In this document: piece after piece, positions 38,501 through 51,183 of the stretch
How positions within the stretch are numbered: position 1 is the first letter of the stretch
Layout of the letters: each line of letters opens with the position of its first letter
NCBI RefSeq assembly: GCF_964204865.1
Contig: NC_135262.1
Coordinates: 6,572,001 to 6,636,000, forward strand
Length of the DNA: 64,000 nt
Direction: 5' to 3'
Source: Styela clava
Taxonomy: Eukaryota
Made by a program: the position numbers and the translations under genes
The notes under the pieces: model-generated
Database searches by the model: none
Told to the model about the DNA's origin: nothing
What the model saw: the letters and a program-made list of their open reading frames with translations, nothing else

Positions 38501-41500
38501 TTAAATAAATGCACTGTATCATTTTTTTGTGTCACTATTTATGCGCATTAATGCATGTTTTTTTGAATTTTTATAAAAGTTAGACTTGTAAAACTTACTG
38601 CCTTACAGGTAGAAGAAGGAGAGGAATGCGACGCTGGATATTTTGGTGCAAACGTAGAGGACGCTTGTTGTTCGAAGGAATGTAAGCTGAAGGAAGGGGC
38701 AACTTGTAGTCAAAAAAACTCAGTTTGTTGCAATGAGAATTGTCAGGTAATTAATTTACTCATGTTTTTTGTATTTTCATATCTCATTTATCATCGTTTG
38801 TTTTATAACTCGGGACAGCGCTTGGATATAAATTTATATCCTTACAATCAAGTATGAAAACCACTATTTGAAATCAAAATTTAGATTCTCAAAAATTAGT
38901 TGAATTTCTTAAATATTTCAATTTACAATTCATCATCATTTTTGGACACGAAGTTGACCTATGGATCAATCTGCTAAATTCTTACTTTTGTGAAAAAATC
39001 GCTTTTCTCCATAACTAAGGTACCATGTAGTTTCAAGTTTTTAGTACATAAAAACAAGGACACTAGAAGGCTATTACTTTTATTTTTTATTCTCTGCGAC
39101 CCAATGTTTTAATCAAAGGGAACACTTCTTATTCCATTTTGCTCGATCGCCTTCATGTTGATTGTCCGTTGATCTTTTCAGCGAACTAGATGCAGGCCGT
39201 ACTTGTATCAATGCATGACCTTCGTGTCCATATATTTGAGCATTACTACAGAGAGTTATACAGTGTAAAACTATTCAGAAATTAACGATGAATTTAGCAG
39301 TTGTTGTCAGTTGTCACAGTTTTTATTTCTATCGTAGGCAGCAAGCAAGACAACCCTATGTTACAGTGAAGTCCCAGAGTCTTGTTTACGAGATACATTT
39401 TGTGACGGACAAAATTTTACTTGTCCAGATCATTTGCATAAAGATGACAATGCAGAATGCGGAGACGAAGGTACTTTTTGTATTCATTATTGATTCTCAT
39501 GCTTTCAGTCTTTGATGGCTGTGATTATTTGTTTGAATATGTTTTTTATAAGTAGTTCAGAAGACCACTGCTGTGAGGAAGAGATGGAAAAACACATTTA
39601 AATAAACACCACATTCTCTGGCTAATAAGCAAACTTAACTTTTTAATGGGGTCGTCTTATTATTAGCTTCCCACCAGAAAATGATGGAAGAGGGAGACAC
39701 TAACGTGCCTCTTCAGCTTTCATGAGTCGGCGTTCTCAAACTGCGAATCTGTAATATCTCTGCTGTGATTATCAGATTTGCGTGTGCATCACAAGTAAAA
39801 GTAATTACCGATACCGTCATGTGTAGTAGTACCTCATGAAAACAAAGTATTTGACACTATTAAGTATTAACATAATTGATAATGCTGAGCGCGGTTTAAC
39901 CCTTTTAACCCAGCTATTAATCTTTTCATATTTATAATTTTCTAATAATTCATAAAATTAATCAAATCTATTTTTCAGCTTATAATTTTTTTTCAATATT
40001 TACTTTCGAATAGTAATTTAGAAATTCCTAGTTTTATTTCAAAGTTAGAAAATTTTGTAATTCTTGATTTTGTAATTAAAGAGCGAATTATTAATATTTC
40101 GAATAATTTCATTGCGCTATCTTTACCTGTACCTTATAAACCATTTTCAGGTAGATGTAAAGGTGGCAAATGTCAACCATTTTGTGCTACTGTGGGAATG
40201 AAACCTTGTTTATGCACTGACAAAAAAGAAAACTTTTGTTTGCGATGTTGTGCACCTGCGGGATCTTCTGGAGATGAAATGATAAGAGAATGCAAACCTT
40301 ACAAACCAGGAAACGTCACACATAAACTGAGGAATAATGCTAAATGTACTCTCGGATATTGTAATGATGTAAGATTTATGAATTAGTTGATATACTGTTC
40401 GATGTTTAACTCCAACTGGTTAGCTATCAATCAACCTATGTAGGCTTGGTTATTAGTACATCGAGCTAAGCGTAAGAACACGCTCACCATCGCATCTCTG
40501 ATTACCTTCCACAGGCTCGAATGTTTGAGTCTCGTCGGACGCTCACCATCGCATCTCTGATTACCTTCCACAGGCTCGAATGTTTGAGTGTCGTCGGACT
40601 AGATAACACATATAAAAATTTCTGGACTCCTCGCCGTTGTATGATGGTTCATGTAACCGCTGGCCGGTTAGGACTTCCGCCATAATCAAGTCCGTGCATC
40701 TGAAACAAAATCTGGTTAATCCATACCTGGCAAGAATCTGTAACTGGACGAGAGACTGTGGTTCGTTATATGATCATTATAACTTATCAGCTTACCTCTC
40801 CTCCGGTATAGATATTAAAATCTGATCTTACAGCTGTATTAAAGGGCAAGAGACATTCTTGATATCATAGGGCTATTTCGTCAACACCTCCCTCCTGGGT
40901 AGCGGAATTATATTTTAAATTTTCTTCGTCAAAAGTTTTTTTTTTTTTTTAAAAAGTAGAATTTTCATAACCTGTTTCGTACAAAAGCAGTCGACTTGTA
41001 ATTTGGTATCATAGGGATTTCAACCTAATTTTTATGTTTTGACTCATTTTTGCTTTTCCATTATTTAGAACGAATGTGTGAAACAGACACAAGATGTTAT
41101 TGAAAGAGTATGGAGTATATTTGAACATATCGCACCCGATAAAATAGGCGAATTTCTTGCTGATAATATCGTTGGCGCAGTTTTGGTGTTTTCACTCTTA
41201 TTTTGGATTCCTTGCGGGTGAGTAATATATTTTTCAATTTACTTTATTAATTCATTAATTTAGTCACCGCGCATGGTACCTAGTAAGAGTCTTTAATTAG
41301 GGCACTCAGGAACTACTCCGAGGTCCCCGAAGGCCCAATTTTAGAAACTCAATGTTACACATTAGAAGCATGCTTGCCATGACAACTCTGATTACCCTGC
41401 CAGATATGCATGCTCTCATCACATAGAAAATATTTAGGTGCCATAGGAATGCTGGACTCCTCGCAATTGTAGGGTGATTCATGTAGTCCAGTGGTCAGCA

Positions 41501-43262
41501 ACCTACGGCCCGCGGGCCGGATCCGGCTCGCGTAGCAATATAATCCGGCCTGCGACACTTCACTGAATTATAGTAACAAAACGGCTGTTATGTCAATTAT
41601 ATTCTTTACGCAAAAGAATTTACCTGTAGACTAAATTATATTATAACGTTACAAGTATATAAGTCACAATTACTCGTTCAATGAGCCTATAATTTAATTA
41701 TAATTTAGACAAATGGCAACAAAACGCCGAAAAGTTGATGCTGAAGTGCAAATGGTTCAATGGTTGGCGCATAAAATATTGAAATGGTCAGTCTTCGCGC
41801 TCTGCTTAAAATTAACCTCTGATCTGTGTAAAAAAATGTGATTCATCGGTCATCCGTTCGGTTTTTAACATTCTGAAAATATGTGCGGCCCGCCAATGAC
41901 TTGCATCCTTTAATGGTAGCTAGCTATTGTCATACCTACATGACCAGGTAGACAACAGGCTGTAGATTGCCATATCATTGAACCATCTGATCATCATTGC
42001 TCTCCCTTAGGATAAATATGACAATCCTGTTCTAATTAGTTTAACATTGATTTCCAATATCATATTTTTTATCAGTTGTCTTGTTAATTTTGTTGACAAA
42101 CAACGGGAAAAACAACGAAGAGAAGACGATAACTGGTTTACTTCTAAAGGACATGAATTTTCGAGAACTAACGCGTATGGCGGAATGTTCGGGTCTTCCA
42201 ATGCACTTCATCAAGTACAGAAAGCTAACGCTCTTAATATAGCCGCAGCAAAAGCGGGCTTTGGTGCGAAGGATCAGTGGCGAGCTTCTAAGGACAAAGG
42301 AGCAGTAGTAAGGTAGGTTTTTATTTTTAGAGTAAGTTAACTTCCTCCCAAAGATTGCAATTATTGTAATTGAATGTGCAAGAGAGAGAGAGAGTGGTTT
42401 GTTTTAACTGAAAACGGTAACACAACAAAAAAGTAATTTGAAGCAAGACGTGGTAATGATATGGCCCAATAGTGCATTGTTGCAATTTATCTCAACATGG
42501 CTTATATCAATTTGATTCGATCATATTTTCACACTAGCCTACAATTTGTTCGGTTTGTTCTTCAATTTATCATAAAGCTTGAATTCGATCATTTATAAAA
42601 ACCAGTCTTATCTCACAGTCATTTTTTGTGGATTTTATTAAATACCAATCTATAAGCTGTTGAAGTCGATAAAAATTGCATTTCTAAGAGGATCTAAATT
42701 TAATTGAATCGTCGTGATATATTTATTATGGCAGGCTCGAGTTATATACTTGACTCGAGTTAGGCTTGAGTCACCAATTACGAAATACTTGACTGGAGTC
42801 ATGTAAATAGAATTACTCCAACTCATCAACTAACCCTCAGTGATTAACTTGACTCAAGAGTCAAGACTCTGATGACCCGTGGCTCAACTTGGTTTACGTC
42901 TCGTTTTGGAACTTGAGCTATTCTATTAGGCATTTCCTCAATCGAGCGATAACAAGTTTAAAACTCATACATCGACAATATTATATTTAAATATACTTCG
43001 CAGAAAATCACAGGAGAAATTAACAGATAGTACGAATGGCCTTGATGATCGAGTTGGAAGAGGGGACGCAATCGTAGTGACGGGTGACAACCGAAATGCT
43101 ACTGAAGACGATTCATGGCAAAAATCCGGGATTTTTTCGAAGCCAAAAAGTAATTTCGATCTTAATAATGACAAAAATACTCCTAGTGCAAGCAGGTCAA
43201 GTACGCCGAGGCCGCAATTGGTTCGTCAACAAGATGTAGGATCTGAAGAAGCCGATTCGTAA
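32554..43262 (+). CDS. ADAM17: ADAM17/TACE metalloprotease-disintegrin, 14 coding exons, about 841 aa
   Basis: Exons 32554-32739, 33440-33580, 34177-34428, 35069-35169, 35540-35728, 36867-37058, 37334-37499, 37896-38060, 38609-38746, 39338-39470, 40151-40368, 41069-41217, 42076-42312, 43004-43262, all phase-compatible; signal peptide, RSKR furin sites, [20 protein letters not shown] zinc motif, IMYP Met-turn, EEGEECDAG disintegrin, QDVIERVW...[20 protein letters not shown] stalk/TM typical of ADAM17. Confidence 0.95.
35760..36050 (+). mobile_element. Possible DINE/Helentron-associated non-autonomous element in ADAM17 intron
   Basis: 5' ttacttatcgatctcgatcggtaagta inverted motif, tgtctgt tract, gatatctc...aaattttgcatg core, 3' cgatcgctatctagtt. 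Confidence 0.4.
40440..40825 (+). mobile_element. tRNA-like SINE (most complete copy) with internal 59-bp tandem duplication
   Basis: B-box-like caggctcgaat twice (duplicated unit 40480-40599), body and tail shared with copies at 23290 and 34740. Confidence 0.6.
41489..41920 (+). mobile_element. Degenerate hAT (Buster/SPIN-like) element
   Basis: Left end CAGTGGTCAGCAACCTACGGCCCGCGGGCCGGATCCGG; internal [11 protein letters not shown] transposase N-terminal relic; right end decayed. Confidence 0.65.
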
Positions 43263-46200
43263 CTTGTTACATAATAATATTGTTTAGGTATAATTATTTC
43301 GCTGGTATTTGCTTGACAAAATTAAATTTTACCAAAGTTTATAAAGCTTTGATTTGAAACTTTTTTGTACAGCAAGTCTTGCAGAAATATTGCTACTTTT
43401 TGTTCAAGAATTTTCTTTTGCATTGAATATTAGTTTTTTGTGAATCTAGTGTTCATGATCATCAATGCAAAAATAGCCTTGACAGAACTGGTGACACTTC
43501 ACATTCTGTAGCCAATACTGTGTTAAAATTAACCCACCATGCTGTTCAAACACAGTTATTGAACTGGAATTTTTTGAAAGTGTCAACATGAAGTACATAT
43601 CTTTTACAATTTCATGTACTTGCCAAGTATGGTAATAGGATGCTGAATAGAAAACAGTTCAACTATTAAAAAACATTGAAACTATCTTGTCTTTCAATGT
43701 ATTGCGGCTCTTACTCAGAAATAATAGTTCATGTATTGATATGGATGTGCTTAATGCCAAGTGAATGTCAGTTGGGACAAGATGAAGTAGTTCATATAAC
43801 GCTATTGGTTTGCCGCAGTTTCGTTTTGAAAAGAATCTAAATCGTCTTGTTTACTTTTTTTTTTTAACATTCTTTTTTGTGCTTAAAATCGTGTCAACTG
43901 CCATTTTTTTTATTATACCTTCTATTGATTGTATTTGTTAATATGTTATGTTATGATACACATTATTTTGTACACACTTTCTTCATAAATAAATCCCTTA
44001 AGATAACCATTTAAAAATAAAAAAATAATAAATTTCAAATAATGTCTGAAGGTAAGTGTAGTTTTGAAATTGGTGTTTGGGAAACTATCAATTACCATTC
44101 TTAGCAATGGTTTTTGTTCAGTTTTTTTTTTTTTTTAATTTTTCCACTCAACTACATTGTTAAGTATTGGATATAATTTTGTTTAAAAAAAGTTTGACTT
44201 TCGTCATATTCAAAAGCTTAAGCTTTATTTCTTACAATGTATATATTTAGTTATTTGATCAAATTAATGCATTTTTGCACCAAAATCCAAAATATACTCA
44301 ACTTCTTTAAAATTATTATGAATTGATTGACAACAATAGTTAATAAGTTGTTCGTTTTGGGATTTTTTGTTTTTCCAGCTATGGCCATGATTATTTTTCT
44401 TAAAACACTGCATCGGTCAAATTACTTCAGTTTGGCTTGTCAAGATTGCTTTTCTAAGTCTTATTGTTTTAACAATTTGTTTACATCGTTTTTGTACTGA
44501 ATATCATTGCAGTATTTCCCTTGTCTTTCTTTTGTTTCCAATCGCAGTCTAATGATATTTTATTGTTTTATGAATATATGCATACTTGCTAAAATCCAAT
44601 ATTTGACAATACTTTGCTTATCATTATCAATATATAGCGATGTGGAATTTTACTGAACACTTTGTGTGGGTAAAAAGAATACATTTCTTCGCTTGTGATA
44701 ATTTTTGCAGTTTTCAAGGATGAAAATACACCATGGAAGTAAAACACTCTCGAACATGGCACGTCTCAAAAGGGCAAACTATAAAATATCAATAAACGAC
44801 ATAGGTTTTGTTGAAAGATATCTCATTTGGGGGTGGTTATCGGAATAAGATTATTAACCTGATAATAAACCGTTCTAAACTATGTTACAATAATATGAAT
44901 AGATGGTGACTTATTCAGAACTCCGTCGGTGGAACAAATTGGAATCGTATCAGCTCTACACGGGATTAAGTTTACCATGCATATGGACGCGCTTTCGATG
45001 AGGCAGCAACCACCCAGCGGTGAACGCAGACGCTCAATCCCTAGTCGGTATGACAGTGGTCGGTGTTAAAGACCGGCAGCAAATTGTGGTGACCGAGCGA
45101 AATGGTAGCCCAAGCCTAGTTTTTTCTAAAGCGCTCGTGTAATATTCAAATCTTATCATATGCCGTAATGCATGCATTATATGGGTAAGCAATCGTATCG
45201 AGTTTTCTGTTTTCAAATTTTATTGGGTTATAGTTTTTCTAATGCAAAGATAAAACAATTAGTGGTTGAAATGAATTTATTGTATTAGCTGGGTTAGACC
45301 GACACGGTTACACTCAACGACTAACATACCGGTTACACTATACTGCAATAAACCAGGATTGTATAACAACACGATGACCGATTTAACGTTGTTTTGTGCA
45401 GATCGGTATCCAAAAATCATCGGACTCCCAACTCACTGTTTACACGATTAGAAAACTGACAACTTTGTTTCTACCGACATTCCCAAAATAAGATAACGAA
45501 AAAAATGATATGCGAAATTGTGTTATTTAGTACATTATTGATCTCCATACAAGAACCGCTCTCAATATGAAAAATCCAATAATGATTAAAATTAAAATGT
45601 ACTATGAACTAAATTCTTTAAATATCTTATCGCTGCTGACACCGGTAGCATTTTGTCGTAAATAGATACTTTTTTTCATATACTACGATAAAGTTGAATA
45701 TTTCATTGTGTTATTTTACAATTTTTTATTAAAGAATTAAAACTTTTTTGCAATTATTCTCTTCAAGATTGTTTTGCGAAATCATAAAACATTCAAACCA
45801 AAAATGTGCGAAACGCCGGGTGTTGGATTAAAAAAAACATTGCAGTTGTAGACGCCAGCTCTTCTCGATAAAATAAACAATTGCATTTTCGAAAGCTTCA
45901 TCACCTTTAACCCTTCTAGAGAAGTCCCGGATGTTCGGGGCATCAACAATCGCATCTACTGCGATACGCTCTTTTGCGCTGGGGCGGGAGTTGTAGATAC
46001 AAATTACTATTAGTTAGTGATAGTTTTTGAGTACAGTTTTCTATATTAAAAGAATCTAATCTTACTTTTCCTTCATCGAATATTATTTGATTGGCGTTTT
46101 TATGACAGGATCGCTCTCACACCGGCGTATAATTTAACGTTTAGTCCCGCAATTTTAGCGCGTTTTATATTTAAAATTATTTAAGATTTCATGGTAATAC

Positions 46201-47689
46201 TGGTGTTATATGGTTATATCAGCTTAATTTTAGAAAGTTGAGCCCAATTGTTGTGAAACATTTTAAATTGAAGTTGAATCCAAGGGTCACGAACGAGATG
46301 AGGAGGACTTGCTGCAGATTTGGGGACTTTACCAAACGCTGTTTGACTCTATCAGTTTATGCAGTTGCTAGGTTGTTTCTCAGTCGCTTAATCTGACGTT
46401 GATACATTATGGTGTGGTAACTGTGAGAAAAGCAGCAAATGTTTGTGTTTACTGCAAATCTAATTCTGTAATTTCCGGTATTCTTCTAAACAGCTAGGCC
46501 AGTTCTGCAGTTTGATTGTAGATTATGATATTAGAAAGTGGATTTTCCAGTATATTTTGTATAATTCAGTAATTCGATAATACTGAAATAGCATTTTTAA
46601 AATTTTTGCAAAAAATTTGTAGCCTAACATCTGAACGTTGGTTTTTATTAGTAAGTTTTTCATAACAACGAAATAACATTCAGACATTATTTACAATTCT
46701 GAAAAACCTAAAGATAGGAGAGTTTTATAGTGCGTTTACGGAATCTGATTTCATTTCTTTCTGAGATTTGCCATTCGCTAGTCAATACAAGCCATATTAG
46801 ATTCAATATTAGACATCGAAAATGTCATATTATTTATGAAATTGGCTGTACTGTACTTGGATAAAAAAGTTTAACGAAAAAAACTAAATGTCCCATGCTT
46901 GCTTCTACGGTGAAAGCGTCAAAAATTAAAAATCGGTTCATTTGCTGACTTTCCAAGCGCACAACACAAGATTTCATGCTTGCGAACTTCGTATTTGATT
47001 ATCGAAACGATTAGTTCATTGTAACAAATGAATTTTGTGATATCTTGTTCAAACTAAACAAAAGTATCTATATATTGGAAAGTATTTAATGTGAAATACA
47101 TACAGACAATAAACTTACCTCATCTAACCTTTCAAATGATTATGTGAAAAAAGTGACGAATATATTTGACAAATGTCAAAATCTGGACATTTGCATTCAG
47201 ATATTGAGTGGTAAAAGCTTTATAGGTATTCTACTGCATTAATATAAAAGACGAATAAAAAAAAAATACGGATGGTAATTTATGACGTTTACCTTGTGAT
47301 TAATCAAAATTATTAACGAGACAAGCATAATTCTACTAATGCATCTCAGTTGGGCACAGTTCTCGAATTCCAAGATGTACTGACATCTGGTTCAATAAAG
47401 CAAACACTATATTTTTCCATGAAGCGAAGGAGTCTGGCACAACGGCAGATTGCGGCCTGCTTTTCTCTATAATAATCTAAATCAATTGCTGCCGTCATAT
47501 GACCAAAATTTGCGTTTTTATGCTGTAAACTCTTGAATGCTCGTTGAAATTTTTATCCTCCAGTGAATCGAATTTTTCTCAGAGGAATCCAGTTGCGCTT
47601 CCTTTCAGTTTGTTGCACAAAGCGGGTTTGCCGATATGGAGGCCCAGACTGTTTTGTAAAGGGGGTATGAGATATTTCGGAAATTGGAG

Positions 47690-47830
47690 AACTGGTCCCT
47701 ATCGTATCTGCTGCCGCGCCGGAAGCCCTCATTTTCGAAACAAAATGAGTGTTCGCTTTATTGAACAAAATGTCGGGACAGCTTGGAACCAGAGACTGTG
47801 CCCTGCCGCCATAGGTGTTCTCTGCAAAGT
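47690..47830 (+). promoter_or_regulatory. Candidate CBP/p300 promoter region
   Basis: Locally GC/CpG-rich with ETS-like CCGGAAG (47719) and YY1-like GCCGCCAT (47805); candidate non-coding exon 50482-50643 (ctacag|...aag|gtaaga) lies between it and the ATG. Confidence 0.3.
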
Positions 47831-49394
47831 GAAACTTTTATCGTCGATATTCACCTTCGATTTTGCGTATTTTATTACTTTTTCATCATATTTTATTGTC
47901 AAATTCAGCAAATTTTGCAGGAATGTAGTATTTTAAAAAGAAAGCAAACATACTTACAGTAGTAAAGTTTGACCGATCAGTTTAGAGTTGTGGAAAAAGC
48001 ACAGAAAATACTCAAGCGAGTGAATGCCCAGATTATGCAGCTTGTATTTGTTTGTTAATTACTAAGTTGTTTTTAAATTTCAAACTAAATTTCTAAATTG
48101 TCTAAATTTCAACTTTTTTTGACGTCATGAAGTAATGAGTGTTTTGCATCATGCTGGATTTTTATCTCTAGGTAAATTTAGACAGTAAAACTGTTTACCG
48201 GCATGTAGGGTACAAATGTAAGTTTTGCAATGGTAGCTGTATTTATTATGATTTATTATTATGTATTTATGATATGATTGCTTTTAGATTCAGTGTGAAA
48301 ATAGTGCGATAGTATTCGAAATTTTGGCATTTTAAGTGGTAGGTGGTTGTGGCGAAACGTTTCAGAATCAATGAATTCATATCAGGGTTATGTTTCGTAG
48401 TTTATAATGCAATGCATTTTTTTTGGAGTCAAATTAGTATAATAATTTTCTTGTTCGATAATGGCCTATTTTAGAAAATCGATTTGGGTTTTTGGTTCAT
48501 GGAAATTGGATAGGTCTTTTCTCAGAATTTTTATAAAAGCTTATCATGATTGTTCAAATTTATTATTTTGGAATGCTCAGGTTCGCTCCATTAAAAAATC
48601 ATGGTTGAAAATGAAGTTTTGCAGACCTTCGTTGTTTTCTTCTTAATAATAAGCAACTTTACTTTGATGTTGTGAGTTGAAAGTTATAGAAATTTTCGGC
48701 CGATACATTAAGCGTAGAGGAGGCATTGGTATAGCGAGAAAGGGGTTCAATTAGTTTTTTGACTTGGAAAAATGATGGCCATTGCTAGTTTATTGTCAAG
48801 AAGTAGCTTGGATATTATTCAGGTATCAGTAGATCTGAGTAAAATATTCAAATAGTGAATTGAATATATAGACTATATACCACATAACTTGCATTGCTTT
48901 GCTTGGACGCAGAACCATAGTATCGCTAAATTATTTTGACTATTTAGAAATGCCATCATTGCCAATTTAATCAACGATATGAAAAGTATTTCAACTAAAA
49001 GCAGCATTCAGGATTCACACAGTGACGACTCTGCAGAGATTTTATTTGATATGAAAATAACACAGACATGACATGACAGGAGTAAAAGCATAAGAAAGTC
49101 GACTATCGTATATCAAAACTATTCATTATTCAACTATTCAATATTTATTCAAAATATTCGATTTTGCCCACCCCTGCTTTGAGTTAGAAAGTGTATGGAG
49201 ATTGAAAAATTGTATTACTGACTTTGAAAACTTGAGCATATTTGGTAAATGCTGGTTGATAGGAACGAGACAAGCTTCATAAATTTGAGAGGATACCAAC
49301 TAACAAGATACTGGTAGATTTTGTCTAATGTGGATAGAGCACTGTAGCTATCTGCATAATTGGGAAAAATGATTTGGGGTCAGGCTATGAAAAT

Positions 49395-49567
49395 GGTACT
49401 CCTGAAATATGTGTACAAAGTTGGCGGGCACTGGAACGTAGTATGTGTACCAGGTTAGGGTTAGGCCATAGTTTTATTCCAATTTTCCTTATTTTAGTTA
49501 TATTGCAAATTCTGGAACTAGCCAAGTGACTCCCATAGTATTTGTACCTGCATACTTCAGGAGTATC
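49395..49567. mobile_element. GGGTACTCC-family MITE
   Basis: ggtactcctgaaatatg...ggttagggttaggcc...catacttcaggagtatc. Confidence 0.78.
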
Positions 49568-49767
49568 ATGAAAATTGAGCGGAATGAAGCGCAAATAAAG
49601 TTATGCCAGTATGAGTGCTGCCAAACGTTAGGGGGTCAGTCCCAAATGGAGCCCAAGATAATAATTTATCCTATGGCGCTGCAGTGAGACAAAATAATAG
49701 AATGCAAGGTAAAAGTTATGTATCAGCCTGACGAAATGGGTGTGTTGAGTGATGCTTCAATCTAGAG

Positions 49768-50429
49768 CAGGGGTGGCTAAGTTATGGCCAAGCAGCTTCA
49801 AGCTGCAGATACATGAGACCTTATAATCATTGGTCTTGTGTAGTTTCGTACCTCAAGTACTTCTAGTGGACGTAGTTTTGCACGTGTCAATCCTAACCCC
49901 CACCTGACTACGCCATCCAAAAATTATGTCACTATCGCGTCATAGAGCTTGCCAAAGTATACCTACGGTCGCCCGAAATGGCATCTGCGCCGATGATAAA
50001 GAACTCAATAACGATAGTAATCTATCTCATATCAGGATCGTTGCGACGAGAAAACAAGAGAAATAGCTTGCTCGATTTCGGGTGATCGTCTGCGCGTCTT
50101 GGATGACAGTTCGTATAGTTTGAAGGGCATTGTTACGTCACTGTGACGTCGCAGTGACGTAGTTTTTGGATGATGCAGTCAGGTGGGGGTTAGGATTGAC
50201 ATATGCAAAAATTGTTATGCTACGCCCACTAGAAGTACATGAGGTATGATACTACACTAGACCCATGATCACTATGCCACTTGGTTCAGTAGCTGTATAG
50301 TACATTAGTTGTTTAGCTAGTTATTTGTAAATAAATCGTTTTTTACACATAGTTTCAGTACATAGTCAGCCTTCGGCCTAGTATAACCCAGTCTATTATT
50401 TCTCTCAGGAAAGTAATTGCCCGCTCCTG
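49768..50429. mobile_element. hAT MITE containing a nested long-inverted-repeat element (about 49831-50264)
   Basis: Outer ends CAGGGGTGGCTAAGT / AATTGCCCGCTCCTG with TSD ATCTAGAG / ATATAGAG; inner about 110-bp inverted arms (gtcaatcctaacccccacctgact / agtcaggtgggggttaggattgac). Confidence 0.75.
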
Positions 50430-51183
50430 ATATAGAGGTATTTTATTGCATTCTTATAAAAAAAAACTATTCATTTCTACAGGTTAGCTTATAGCTAGAA
50501 TTTTTGACATAATGAGACTTGAAACCAATCGACATTGGTAATGTTGGTCACGAGTGTTTCAATTCTTCAGCGAAGCATATCAATGCCAATCGGATTAGGA
50601 ATTCTATATAAACTATCACATATTTAAAGCAAAGGTATAAAAGGTAAGAAAATGTTTATTTCTAATTATTTGACGATCTAGAGATTCTGAAAATGATGTT
50701 TTTTTCGGGGTAATGAATCAGGTAAAAGTTTTTCCGATATGTAGTGGTTGTGATATAAAGTGCAGGATGAAGTCGAATGAAACTAGAAAATTGATTCAAA
50801 AATGAAAAAATTGTCCTAAGAAAATAAGGGAATTATCAATTTTTGACTTTTTCAACTCACATACCCTTTTATTAAAAACCTAGATGAATTGTTTGGAATA
50901 CCTTGAAAATTTACTCATACAGTATGATGACGTTATACAATAGAAAACAGCAATTTAATAACAGTGAATTCCAAGCGCAGCATCTGAATCTTATTTCATT
51001 CGTGTGATGAAACAATAATTAAATTGTTAAGACAGTTTTTTTATACAGTGAATTGTAGAAGTCAAAGACCTGTGCATCAACATTTAATATAATGAAAATA
51101 TAAATCTTTGTAAGTGACGTGGTTTGAATTTTTGTGCTAATTTATCTTTTGTTGTTGATCAGAAAGTTCAAAAAGAAGAAAAA

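Noticed and set aside
47544-47936. 130-aa ORF and overlapping antisense ORFs
   Set aside because: TTG start, no recognisable domain; better explained as GC-richer regulatory DNA
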